From assembly GCA_965649765.1 (NCBI GenBank), contig OZ287758.1:16740001-16804000 (forward strand): a DNA stretch of 64,000 nt. Direction: 5' to 3'. Positions 1-11,871 of this stretch are shown in pieces; position 1 is the stretch's first letter; each line of letters begins with the position of its first letter. A program made the position numbers and the translations under genes. The DNA is from Bispira polyomma (taxonomy: Eukaryota). Under the pieces are notes generated by a model, which worked only from the letters and a program-made list of their open reading frames with translations, was not told the DNA's origin and ran no database searches.

Positions 1-107
1 ATCATTGAAAACACAGATACTTAAAATTACCGACAGGCTCGTTCGTTGTTGTTCAATCCCTCAAATTTGGCTCGTATAGCAATCAAGTCGGGTCTCAATA
101 TTCCAGC

Positions 108-2366
108 TTGGGAATTACCCAAAATCATCCAGACAAAATTATTGTTCAATACCTCAAATTTGGTTTCCCACTATCACTTAAAAACCTTCACATTTTACTT
201 AATACAAACATTACTAACCATGCATCAGCTATACAACATGTAAAGGCGGTACTAGCTTACCTAACTAAAGAGAAACATAAGGGGGCGATATTAGGGCCAG
301 TTATAAATGTTACTGACAAAGAATTCCACTGTTCACTGTTCCTTACTAGACCCAAGGACATGGAGAAATGGCGAGTTATTTTGAATCTTTCTTACCCCCC
401 AGGGGTCTCGGTTATTGACCATGTGGACAATTTCTTTGATGGCACGGCCTTTTGTTTAAAATTTCCTAATATTGACCATGTTGCACAAGCTATTCGCAAC
501 ACAATGAATCCAGCTATGTTCAAGGTCGACGTTGCCCGCGCATTCTGGAACTTGAGCAATAACCCTATTGACGCAATGAAATTTGGCATTAAATGAAAAA
601 ATGAATACTTTCTAGATGCTGCCGTGGTGTTTGGCTGGGTGCATGGTAGTGCTGCATTTCAGCAATGATCTGACATAGTGGTGGATTATATGAATAGCCA
701 GGAATACCAATTACATTGTTATATCGATGATTATATTTGTATTACCACAGAGAATAAGGCAGAAAACGGTTTCTGTATATAAAGTAAATTGTTAAATGGC
801 ATTGGGCTTCCAATGAATCCAGACGGAGTCTGCTCCCCAGCAAATCACATGACATGCTTAGGCATTGAATCGATATCACAACAAACACAATTAGTATTAC
901 CAAGGAAAAAATACACTTAGTATGTAAGTATGTCATGGCTTTCTTGTTCCAAATTTCAATCCCTACTAGGCAGGTTTCTTTACATACACAAAGGTGTCAA
1001 GCCTGCTAGGTGCTTCATAAACAGATTACTAGAAGTATTTAGGTCATCTCCAGGTGCAAAAAGATTTCAAATTACAGACATTGTCAAACATGGCCTGGAC
1101 AAGTTCATCAATTGTTTGGCATAACATTTTGGGACAGGGGTTTCACAAAGACATCAATTGGTTCTGCCACTTCCTCGAATAATTCAATAGGGTCACAGAA
1201 ATGCACACAATCGATGGGGTAATACACCGAGTATATGTAGATGCTTCACTTAATAGTTTGGGAGCGTTTTGGGATAAACAAGTTTATTCAGTCGACATTC
1301 CACAGCAGTATACAGACTTATTTACAATAGTTCACTTTGAAATGGTTAATGTTATTGTGGCATTCAAAGTATGGGGCCCAAACGGGCCAACCAAAAAGTG
1401 TGTATACATTGTGGCAATTTAGCTGTGGTACATGTCCTCAATAGATTTAAGTGCAGGGATACTTTTCTTAACAGCTGCGCACGTTGTTACATATAAGGAC
1501 ATTGTGGTATGTTAAAGCACTCTGCTAGAGTGATCTATTTATAGATTTGGGGAAACCCCTAAGCTTCTAGAAGCTGTTTCTATTTTGTTTCTGTTGTGTG
1601 TTCAAATGTATATCTCATCTCTGGAATGTTCTAGCGATTGCTTACATATTCTAGAGCCTTCTCTAGTAGTTGTATATATAAGGGTTGACAGCCTGGCCAC
1701 AGACCAGAGTTTATTGACTTGATGTGCTACATGGACTGCTATACTGTACTGCTATACTGTGAAACATTTTATTTCTTTTCCTGTGGATATAAACTGATTA
1801 CTATATATGTTTTTATGGTGAACTCATTGGAGTGAACTAGATAAAAGTTGTGGATCTACCAGAGATTGGATTTACTGCATATTGGATATTTTTGCATCCT
1901 GGACTGGATAGCTTAGTTGTGCAGACTCTCTGGATATATACATTTTGTGTTCGTGGACACCAAACGGATAACAGGATACAAGCATTGTGTGGACACTGAG
2001 CGGATCCCAAGACAGATTGCTGGATACAGTGGACAAACTTGTTTAATTGTTATTTATGTGGACAGAACTGTGGTCAGGTCAGATTGGTTTCATTATTGTA
2101 TTATTGTGTGAACTATTAAGGGTATCTCAGTTGACTGTAATTCTGTAATTGTTATTTTATTTGTTAAATAAATTTATTAAGTGAAACTTTTTGTCTTTTC
2201 CTGTTACAACCTCAAAGCAACCGGTAATTTCTACCGCGCTTGCTCCCGTGACCGTAACAACGTACATTATAACTATTGCAGGCGACATATAACATTGAGA
2301 TTTCTATACAACACAAGGGTATTGACAATACATATGCTGATTTATTATCCCATTGGGGACATTTAA
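108..2366 (+). pseudogene. pol: RT/RNase H (pol) pseudogene of the decayed YR element, split by a solo LTR
   Basis: ORFs 108-596, 930-1124 and 1201-1422 align by eye to the Pol at 41235-43796. Removing the LTR rejoins FLNSCAR|TL*LLQATYNIEI...ADLLSHW. Confidence 0.85.
1485..2259 (+). mobile_element. Solo LTR (775 bp), probably Gypsy-type
   Basis: Termini TGTTAC...GTAACA. 4-bp TSD ACGT at 1481-1484 and 2260-2263. TATATAA at ~1675-1681 and AATAAA at ~2167. Confidence 0.85.
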
Positions 2367-3058
2367 AAAGTATTATCAAAACTGAAGTACAGTATCTCCT
2401 CACATGCACATGGCATGGCGTTGACCCACTTTGTCTTGTACCGAACTAAATTCTGACATTAAATTCTTGTATGTCACCCACTGGTAAATGGATTACTTCG
2501 AGATGCCAATGAACGGGTTGGTTTTTTACAATGCACCACTTACATACAAAATTAAAGAGTTTTCTCATGTGAAAAATTGTACCGGGTAATTTCATTCACT
2601 TCAGGTTTTCCAGGTGCAAGGCACTATAAGGCTATCATATTACTGGGCTTTTTTGGCTTCTACCGGCTGTTTTCGTTGGTATTAAGTACAGCTGCCTAAT
2701 TTCAACCATTCAGATTTTCTACTGAAAATGATGTTATATCTGGCCAAATGCAAGTAAAACTCACACTTAAGTGCATGACCACGTGTTAAGGTGACCTTAT
2801 TTTAGTAGTATAGTTTAACAACATTTTTTATATAAAATCTTTTCATAATATCTGTGTATTTTAATAAAGCCCAAATGATGTTATAAATTCATTATCATTC
2901 TGTGCTACCTATACTTACCTCTACATATCACCTTGGGTCATCTTGATCATTTACCTGGACAGCCTGGGGAAACTGCATACATTAACTCCAGATTCACTCA
3001 AGCAAATATAGAGCTACACCTTGATGCCTGCTTAGCAGGCATAGGAGCACGCTGTTAA

Positions 3059-3882
3059 AGCACCAGAACTTTGTATGTGTTTCAATAAAAATGCAGAAAA
3101 AAATAAAGATGTAAAAATAGAAACCTTATTTGAAAAAACGTTGTCGAAAAATTAAGTTTTTGAGCGGGAAAATAAAAATGTGTGCGGACCTTGCTGCTCA
3201 AATTGATTGCGCCCCGTTTTGACGGGCCGGCAACTCCGATCTTATTTTACTGGTGATAGGATCTGACGTATCACCCTAGGATCGAACTTATCAGCAATAC
3301 AATTCGACGGATTCATATCGCCGTCCATAAGGATCGAACGTATAAAAAGTCAAAGTCGGGACTGTTATGGTATAATATAGATGACAAAATGAGGTTATTG
3401 CAACTGAAATAAAAGAAATAATACCGGTTTAGACCTCATTTTTGATGAAGGTTTTTTGTAAATTACAGCAAATAATACTACGGAAGTGGGTTTGATGTCG
3501 CAAAGGTAGACAACTTTTAAACTGACAAAATAGGCTTAAAATATGTGTCTATATTCTTCCTGACCTTCCAGACCACCCCGCTTTCGCCCCCCGTCCTATA
3601 CGTTTTGACGGACCAGCATTAGGACAGGCCTGGAGTAGTATTAAAAACTATCCGACAGAACGTACAGAATAGGTGGTCAAACTTATTCGCCGAAGCTGAC
3701 CTCCCTGTTTTTAGAGGTGGGGGACACAAGTCGGGACACTTTTACAAAATATCAAACATGTTTGATATTCTTCCCGATCTTCCAGACCACCCCTGTTTTT
3801 GGCCCCCGTTTCGCCGGTTTTCCTGTTATCGATCACCAAGTCGGGAAGGTTGGGAACTAAATCCTCATAGTGGAACCTCCCT
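3059..3882. mobile_element. Putative non-autonomous DNA transposon flanked by TTAA
   Basis: TTAA at 3055-3058 and 3883-3886, with AG...CT termini. CpG-rich interior with repeated TTCCAGACCACCCC and a perfect 22-bp palindrome AATATCAAACATGTTTGATATT (3748-3769). Longer TIRs do not match. Confidence 0.4.
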
Positions 3883-6800
3883 TTAACAGCTCACCTCTAA
3901 CGTAACCTTTCATATACGTCATCGCTGTTATAATATGAACGGTATCACCCGGCGCACGTGCAAAAAGGACATAAAACTGTAGTATTTACTAGATTTTTCA
4001 AAGTTTTGATCTCAGGTTTAAGTAATATTTAAAGGTATAAAGTTGCTAAAAGGTATGATTAACTTGAAATATGGTTCTTAAACAACATAACTCGATATTT
4101 AGTGCTTTATAAATACGAGTTTGAAGTTAATTATGGTACCAACTCTGTGCTTGTTGGCTTTCAGATTTGTATTGTTACGTCATAACAGAAGGTTTCAAAA
4201 CGTAAACAAAGACTTATAAAGTTTGGGGTTGTTTTTATATAGTCATAGTAAACTAGGAAGTAATCACTGAAGTGTTAAAAACTTCTTACTTATATAAAGT
4301 ATAAGCCTTATGCAATGTTATTGGATACAAAAATCGATTTTTAGTGCCCTATTAGTATGTATTTAAAGCTAATTGTTTAAGGTGACGAGTCAGTACCTTT
4401 TTGTTTGTATTATATAATTTGCCGTCAATTTTCAATATTTTGGAGCTCTTTCTGACTGTTTTGTGCTATAGTTTGACCTATATAAGCATAATAATTATAT
4501 ATTATAAGTGGATGTAAAACAACCCCTAACTTCATTATTCATTGCCAGCCCTCGGGCCGGACAGCCCTTTGGCTGTTAATGATTAATGTTGTGGTGCTAA
4601 AAACGTATAACACCCTGCAAAATCATATTATTGTACTATTAATGTTGTCAAGTGTTCAAGTCAAGTGTTTTTACTTACAATAGAATGGTCAGTTGTTATT
4701 GAAGTTTAACCTTTGATATTGATATTAATACCTCAGACAAGAAGGTTATGTTTTTGACCATGTCTATTGGTGTCCTTTTTCCACAAAAAAACTACAGGAC
4801 AATGTTTGGGTCAATTAGTTTAATCAACTACTTTTAAAAGGGTGGTCCTCCGTAGCTAAAGCAAAGACCCTTTTAATGTTTGTACATCATACTTTTTTGT
4901 AAATTTCTGATAATAAATGTGAGCTGTGTGTAGCCGTGATTAACAGTTTAACTGGTTGTGATTGCTGGAAAGTTCTACATAAAAATAGGACTCTACAAGG
5001 ATTTGTATTGTGTATGTCACAACATATAAAAAACAAGAAAAGCTTCAACAAATGAGCCAGCATTCATTCAAGAATTAAAGTAGAGGAATTTGTCATTTCA
5101 AAGGGGTGCTATCCATTACAGCTTTGTAGTTGATATGGAATTATTTCTGACTTTAAAGATACAGTAGTTGTTAATAGTTTTGTATGTCTACAAAAAAGAT
5201 AGAGGATGGTGGTGTTCACTGATTTTGTAGTCCACAAAAAAAGTTTAGAGTAAAAGAGAACAAAGAGAAACCCTGTCCTAGATGGATTTATTGTAGTTAT
5301 TAATCTACAAGGGAATCTATATGGAATCTATAGTGGAACATCACTTTGGTGACCAGGATGTTGATCACCAGCCCTTTTGTCACCATTTTGCAAGGTACAA
5401 GTGGTCCAGTCCATTGCATTAGTTTAATAAACATTCAGTTCAATGGAAGTAAAATTATAAAATCCTCAGATGTACCTTAGATGACAAAACTTAGTATATT
5501 ATAATGATATCTACAGTGAAGTGTCTATCACCTAGGAAGTGATATATAACAAGAATATTTAGCTTTTCAGCCATTTATTTAAATTAAATTAAATTCATTA
5601 TAGAATCGAAGTACACTTTAATCAAGTCTTTTGTTTGTTAGCCTGGCCTTTTTAACCTCTATATGCTGGTTTCTAAGCCAGAAAGTTGTATATGTATTTT
5701 AAGACTTCTTAATTAATACTTAGCAATGTACAGGTTTGTGAATACCAATTTTGTGGAAACTGTCCAATTATGAAGAAAACTTACTTAACAGAAAAACTTT
5801 TGAATTTAAATCTAAGGTGTACTTTATTAAGATTCTCTTTGTGAATCTGACGTCAGAGATAAAGAGATACGATTGTGGATAGAAGTGCAGGGGAGTTACA
5901 TGGAATCAATGCCACTCTGACTCTATCTATCATATGTCACTGATCTAAGGCAGGAGCACACATCTATGTGACCTGTGGCTGTGATTTTTCCCAAACATTT
6001 CAAGCTCAACTCAGACTCTACTCTAAGTTGTAGTTCTTTAAGTTAAAGTTAACTGAAGACAAAATCTGACTGGATATTTGAAGTGAGTGCTGAGAGCTTT
6101 TTTACAGTGAAAGGTGTGACAAGAATTGGTTCTTTTGATCAACAGGGACTTAGACATGGCTTTCATTTGTGTAGAATCTGCGTTTAAACTTTAAATTGTT
6201 GTGGGATATCTAAGCTAAGGTTACTGGTATCTTTGGTATATTTGAGATCCTCACTAAGAGCTCTCTATTAAAATTAAAGGGAACATGTCTGGGTTTAGTT
6301 TAGTTTTGGGGTTTAAACTCGCTTTAAACGCTTTTTAGTTAGATCACAATGGGAGTTTACTAGTGGATGAAATTTGAGAATGGCAGTTGGACAAGGTTTT
6401 ACTTCTTCTCGCCTTTTATCAGGTCTACTGAAAACTTTCCCACATACAAACCAGGACCGAGTTATGAATCTACAACCTCAGATGTAAGGCCAGTATGTGT
6501 GTGTTGGGCAAATGTTATACATGTAATGAATTGTACCATAGCACATCAGTAGTTAAGGATGTCACTACCTAATAAAATTTACAGTGCATTGACAGTGAAC
6601 AATGCACATCGAAATTTACTTCTGGGAATTTTAGTAATTTAAGTTCATTATATTCATTTGATCCATATGATGTTTAACTGCATAGCATGACGCTAGAAGC
6701 ACAAGCACAACTGCCCATCAGATGGCAGATGAATCAGTACACACTGCGTCTTCTACATCTGATATCTCACAAAGGAAAGTAAATCTGAAAATCCTTCATG

Positions 6801-7371
6801 AACTTAAGTTTACATTATATTAAGGGTAAAGTGTCGAAGCATGTTACTGAACTGTCAAGTAAAACAATGTGCATAGCATATCAAGGTTTATTGGTAGCAC
6901 AGTTCCTCGGAGTAGTGCCTGAGGAAACTCAATTAACCGAACAAGTCATAGAAAGACAATACTGTGGTTAAATATATTTTATTTCATATTTACAGCTACT
7001 ATTACTAAGATATTTATGTACAGTTCTTTGACATGATATACACTTTGTGTGAGCATAAGGTCCCCATAACTCAACTGAGTTTAGGACTTTAGGTTAAACC
7101 AGAATAAGTTTAAGTAACCCTAACTAATAAAGAAGTTGAATTTAGAAAATTTGATTTAAGTTGAAACTTAAATATGACTTTGAAGATTAACAAATTAAAG
7201 TTTGACTTAGGGTTTAAGTGCAACTTTAATTACATGAGTACAATATGTACTTTAATAATACAGGGGGACCTTATGCCCACAGTTAATTCATTTAGTTTAC
7301 AGGTAATTAATATGCTACTTGCAATGTTAAACTGACTAGATGTTACAGTCATGCCACCAAACCCAAAAATT

Positions 7372-8357
7372 TTAGTGCGTATCTTGTAGAATAGTTTTGA
7401 AGGAATCGGCAACTTGAGTACCAGCATTGGCAGAATCCGAAATGTAACGCCAGACGCAATCGGACGTCCAGGTGCCTTGCCTTTGGATGTCCTGAATGGT
7501 GACATTATTGTTAAAGGCAAACGTGGCACCTGAACGCCTGAAGGCGTGAAAGGTCAAGCCAGAGTACTGCGGGCCCAGCATTAGTAAGACATTCTTAAGA
7601 TGCCTGCGAACCCTAGTATCAGTGAGGGGAGTCCAAATGGCATTCTGCTTAAATTGAAACAAGGGCAAATCTTTCCCTTTGGGAGAAATAGACAGTATGT
7701 TTTTTAAAGCTTGAACCGGACATAAAATGGAATTGGTTAAAGCTGGTATGGTGAGCAAACGAACGGCATTATTGTTCTGAAGGGTTTTAGACCATTTAAC
7801 AATGAGGACAGCATACCCTGGCTTGAAAAGGACATCAGCCCTTGCAAGCTGCTTAAGAGGAGAGTAAGCAGCAACCGAATGAGCACAGAGGTTAGACAGC
7901 CTCAGAAAGGAAAAGAAACTGGTAAGATAAACTGCTTTAAAAATTTGACCCATGTAAGTGATGTCACACTTTATAATAAGAGACCTCAACAACTGGACGT
8001 CGAAAATTGACTTAAGTTTTACTTGCAATGGTCTATGCATTGCCAAAGCTCTATTATAATAGGTGATTCTTTTATCAGAAAAAGCGTCTACAGATATATG
8101 GAAGAGGACACACTTTGCCTTAATGGCAGAAAGATGATTAAGAACTTGACTTGCCGACACACCATTAAACGTTAAAAACTCGAAATATGCTAGGAGATAT
8201 AACACAGTCACCTTATTAGGAGGCCATGACATAAAGGCTCCAAACGCCAAGAACAGCCTGAACATTCTGTTGTAGGCTCTGTTAGTGGCAGGGGTGAAGG
8301 CAAGTTCAAGTCTGTCACAAGCTTTCTGCATCAAGGAGATGGCCACAGGTTGTATAT
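7372..8357 (-). CDS. Tyrosine recombinase (phage-integrase family) of YR retrotransposon; probable second exon
   Basis: Catalytic set present: FLRLSN (R), KWSKT (K), HAFRRSG (HxxR), GTW, WRY (Y). Preceded by an acceptor-like GTTTTCCAG. Confidence 0.93.
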
Positions 8358-8380
8358 CTGGAAAACATGACTAACACGTG

Positions 8381-10810
8381 CTATATAAGTGAGTTAACTT
8401 TTAATAAACTGTGGCAAGCAGGCAGCCACTGGACAGGCCCAGCTAACCTAAATAACAACAAATGGTTGGCTTCAGTTTCAGTCCATCTTGACAGCAGATC
8501 TGCAATTTTATTTTCTTTACCCAAAATATGTATGACAACAATATCAATATTAAACTTGCTAGCTAACATGTATATATTCCTAGCATACGTGGCTAAGTCC
8601 GGATCTCTGGTGCGCCCTGTCTGTAAGACACTTACAACTGCCTGATTATCACATCTGACCAATATTCTACGACCTTTCCATTTATGAACCCACAATTTTA
8701 AAGCTACCAGGATGTTAAGCATCTCCAAAGAAGCAATATTGACCTCACTCATTTCTGGAGGAATGTTAATTTGGTACACTTGTTTCTCAAAAATACCCCC
8801 CATTCCAGTAAGGCAGGCATCTAATTCAATCTCACCAGTTATGGGCTTAGGCATGAAGAAAGAGACTCCATTGAACTGTTCTGCAAAAGTAGTAAACCAA
8901 TTTAAGTCACGCCTGAATTCAGGGTTGATGGTAATATACTTTCTGGTGTAATTATCTCTTAACAGTTCCAGCATCCTATTCAAAAAGACACGAGCATACT
9001 TTACACATTTAGAAATATACAATAACAAGCCAAGTAAAGACTGGAGCTCCCTCTTAGTGCAGAATTTTTTGGATTTCCATTCCTGACACTTTTATTTAAT
9101 TTCACTTAATTTCTCAACCGGGATGGAAGTAGTACCACGAATGGTATCCACCACTATGCCCAAGCAGACAACCTGCGTGCTGGGAGGAAGCAATTTTTTC
9201 TGACTTACTGTCAACCCCAATTCTTGTAGCAGTTCTTGCAATCTCAGGTAAGTTTTTTGAATCTTGCTGGGAACAGAAATCGCCAAGAAATCGTCGATAT
9301 AGTTGTGGACATTATGATTTACTGAGTGCATTATGAAACGCACGCCATCCGAAATTCTCTGAAAAATCGTGCTACCTTTACGATATCCGAACGGCAGAGA
9401 TCTGTCCACATAATAGGACTTCCACTTTAGACCTAGGAGGTCAACGTCGCCAGGGTCAATGGGTACGTGACGGAACGCCCTACTTATGTCGACCTTGAAT
9501 ATCTCGCATCCTCTACCCAATTTTACCACCTCACTAGTGAGATTATCAATAGATGGGTAAGACAGCAAAAATTCAACACCCAAGTAAGAGGAAGGAGATG
9601 CCCCCACATTAACCGACCCCCCTTGAGGCCAACTTAAGTCTACAATTACTCTCCGGTTAATTGAATTCGGTTTGTGTCTCGTCATAAGGGGAGAACAATG
9701 CAAGCCCGGAATGGGAGGTTTGTCAAATGGCCCCAACATGGCTCCTAACTCACATTCTTCTTGCATATAAGCTTCTACATGCTGTGGATATTCCTCAGCC
9801 GATTTATGGTTAATCTCACTGGATTCCAGTTTAACTGAATGATCCACGTCTAGGGGGAATCCATATTTTATGAGGAGAGGCAATTGCCAATCCCAGTAAT
9901 TTTTAAGGTATTTTTTCCAACTCTCTGGTCTTAACTGAGAGGGAACAGGGATTTGCAACCCTTCATAATTGTGTCTCCCATCAGCCCGAATTAAGTCATG
10001 CATTTCCAATATGGAAAGTTCGGGCCCTCCCCCACCATGATCTGCAATCTCACAGCCCAGAGCAGAGAGAGGAGTGAATCCATATGCATATTGACTTTGA
10101 GCTTGCCATTTTCTGTAAGTAGGATTTGAGGCAGCCTTAGCTAACATGCCTTTCTTATTTACTTTCTGTTTCAAAGCACAAGAGTATTTATCGGAACATT
10201 CGGAACTTCCCGGGCTGTCTTCGGAAGCAGTTTTACTCCTGGCCTTGCCTCGGTTAACGGGCTTGTCTCTAGTAACAGAAAGGAATCGAACGGGCTCGTC
10301 AACATTTTCACTGTCATCGACCGGCAACGACATTAGAGCGGTATACCTGTTAGCAAGAGGGAGGACAGCCACACCCCCATTGACCCGCCTCGCTTCGCCC
10401 CCATTCAATCTCGAACAACTGACCTCCTTTGTTATCCCCTTGTCTTGTTTCGCACACGTGTCAGGCTTCACAATGGGTGTCAATTGGCTCACAGAGGTAC
10501 CAAGGGGCCTCACCAAGGTGTCACTTTTGTTATGTACTATCTTCACCTTACTCTTGTCAAACCTTGCCTGTTTTACCTGTACATTATTAACACTTCTATT
10601 TACACACCCATACTTTTGAACTGGGCCATTCTTTTGCAACGCCTGGCTATAGCTCAAGCCTGGTCTGGTGCCCTTTACATATTTACACATTTTCTGACAC
10701 ACAGACCTCTCAAATAATTGTACATCCTTAAATTTAGTATTATAGACAAACCTACTTTTTTGCTCACCCCTTTTAGCCACTGCATCAACGCAGTGGCCCC
10801 TTAGTTTTTT
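8381..10810 (-). pseudogene. pol: Pol (RT + RNase H) with a single in-frame stop at 9092-9094
   Basis: ORFs 9092-10780 and 8381-9028 are in the same frame. RT motifs KVDISRAF and YIDD; RNase H motifs ELDAC, EMLN, CDNQ, ADLLSR. Confidence 0.93.
10776..10810 (-). promoter_or_regulatory. Predicted -1 ribosomal frameshift signal (A AAA AAC, 6-nt spacer, 8-bp hairpin)
   Basis: GCA AAA AAC TAA GGG GCCACTGC GTTGAT GCAGTGGC. The -1 frame reads KKLRGHCVDAVAKR into pol. Confidence 0.8.
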
Positions 10811-11871
10811 GCCCCTTTCTTATGACATTCATTAGTCTTGTGGCTACCCTCACATGTCTCACAATGATGTTTATATAACTGACCTCCAGTATTGTGAGAG
10901 CTGGGAAATCTACAATTTCCTTCCTGATAAAAGCGACAAAACATTGCACCTTTACGACTGCCAGATTTACTGCTACTAGAGTTACCTAGCCGTCCATTCG
11001 CCCCAGAGGAATTTCTACTGTTCGACACATGGCGCTGAGCATGGGCTCTTCGGATTCGATCCATCTTAGTTAGCTCTAGCCAACCTAACTTATCCATCTC
11101 CATACTTGTCAATACGACTGCATGGCAGGCCTTAGCTGACTCCCAAGAAAAATCCTGGGCATCCTCCATAAGACCCCCCATGTAATCCAGCATGGCATTC
11201 TTCACTTCGATCGACTTCTCCTCTTGGGCGATCCGAGCGAAACCACACACCCATTGCAACACGGTTAACTCATCGTAGCTAGGCCGAGACTTAGAACTAC
11301 CCGTCAGCACATAATTTTGAGGCCAGGCGGTGACCTTCTTTACCAATACCTCATTCGCCCCACTACGCTGGGACTTCAGTTTACCTTGCAAGGTGGTCTC
11401 ATTCAACGTTTTGAGATCTTTCAATATCTGCTCCACTTGGAGCTGTATTAGGGCATTCTGGTTTAAAAAATCTATGCCAGGAATTATACTGTCGGACGTA
11501 GCGATAGATGGGCTCTTACCTACGTCAGCAGAGCAACTAGCAGGCCTGACAACACTAGAACTAATCAAACTACTATTTGCCTGAACGGGGACCTGATGAC
11601 TTGCCTGACTACTGGTAAGGTTCGTCGCCAATGCTGCCTTATTCCTCTGAACCCGCTGGTCCATTTTCACCATTAATTCGTTCATCGAGTGCAGTTGAAG
11701 TAGTATAGCATTGGTAACTGCATCGCCGGACTCACCGTTTGCGGGTTCAGTGTCTGAGGCAGCATCGATCTCCTCCCCAGAGACAGAGTCAACAATTTTT
11801 GCAGTAACGTAATTTCGCCCGACAGGACGCTCATGTTTGGTTAAGCATTGACTACAATCAAAGACAGGCAT
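10801..11871 (-). CDS. gag: Gag-like protein (356 aa from the ATG at 11871)
   Basis: N-terminal CxxC..HERPVG motif, GKLKSQR, C-terminal Cys/His knuckles. Homologous to 40270-41265. Confidence 0.88.
   Translation of the reverse strand: MPVFDCSQCLTKHERPVGRNYVTAKIVDSVSGEEIDAASDTEPANGESGDAVTNAILLQLHSMNELMVKMDQRVQRNKAALATNLTSSQASHQVPVQANSSLISSSVVRPASCSADVGKSPSIATSDSIIPGIDFLNQNALIQLQVEQILKDLKTLNETTLQGKLKSQRSGANEVLVKKVTAWPQNYVLTGSSKSRPSYDELTVLQWVCGFARIAQEEKSIEVKNAMLDYMGGLMEDAQDFSWESAKACHAVVLTSMEMDKLGWLELTKMDRIRRAHAQRHVSNSRNSSGANGRLGNSSSSKSGSRKGAMFCRFYQEGNCRFPSSHNTGGQLYKHHCETCEGSHKTNECHKKGAKN

Larger units (their letters stand above)
1..2975 (+). mobile_element. Decayed YR (DIRS/PAT/Ngaro-like) retrotransposon, 5' part outside window
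   Basis: RT fragments (LKFGFPL, FKVDVARAF, YIDD at ~721-732) and RNase H fragments (YVDASL, HFEMVN, ADLLS). YR remnant KAIILLGFFGFYRL at ~2625-2670. The 3' end CATTCTG...GGGGAAACTG resembles the 3' ends of the intact copies. Many stops and frameshifts. Confidence 0.85.

Noticed and set aside
10146-10717. Antisense ORFs over gag/pol (also 11330-11584 and 41366-41863)
   Set aside because: These are shadow frames of real ORFs and are not conserved between the two elements.
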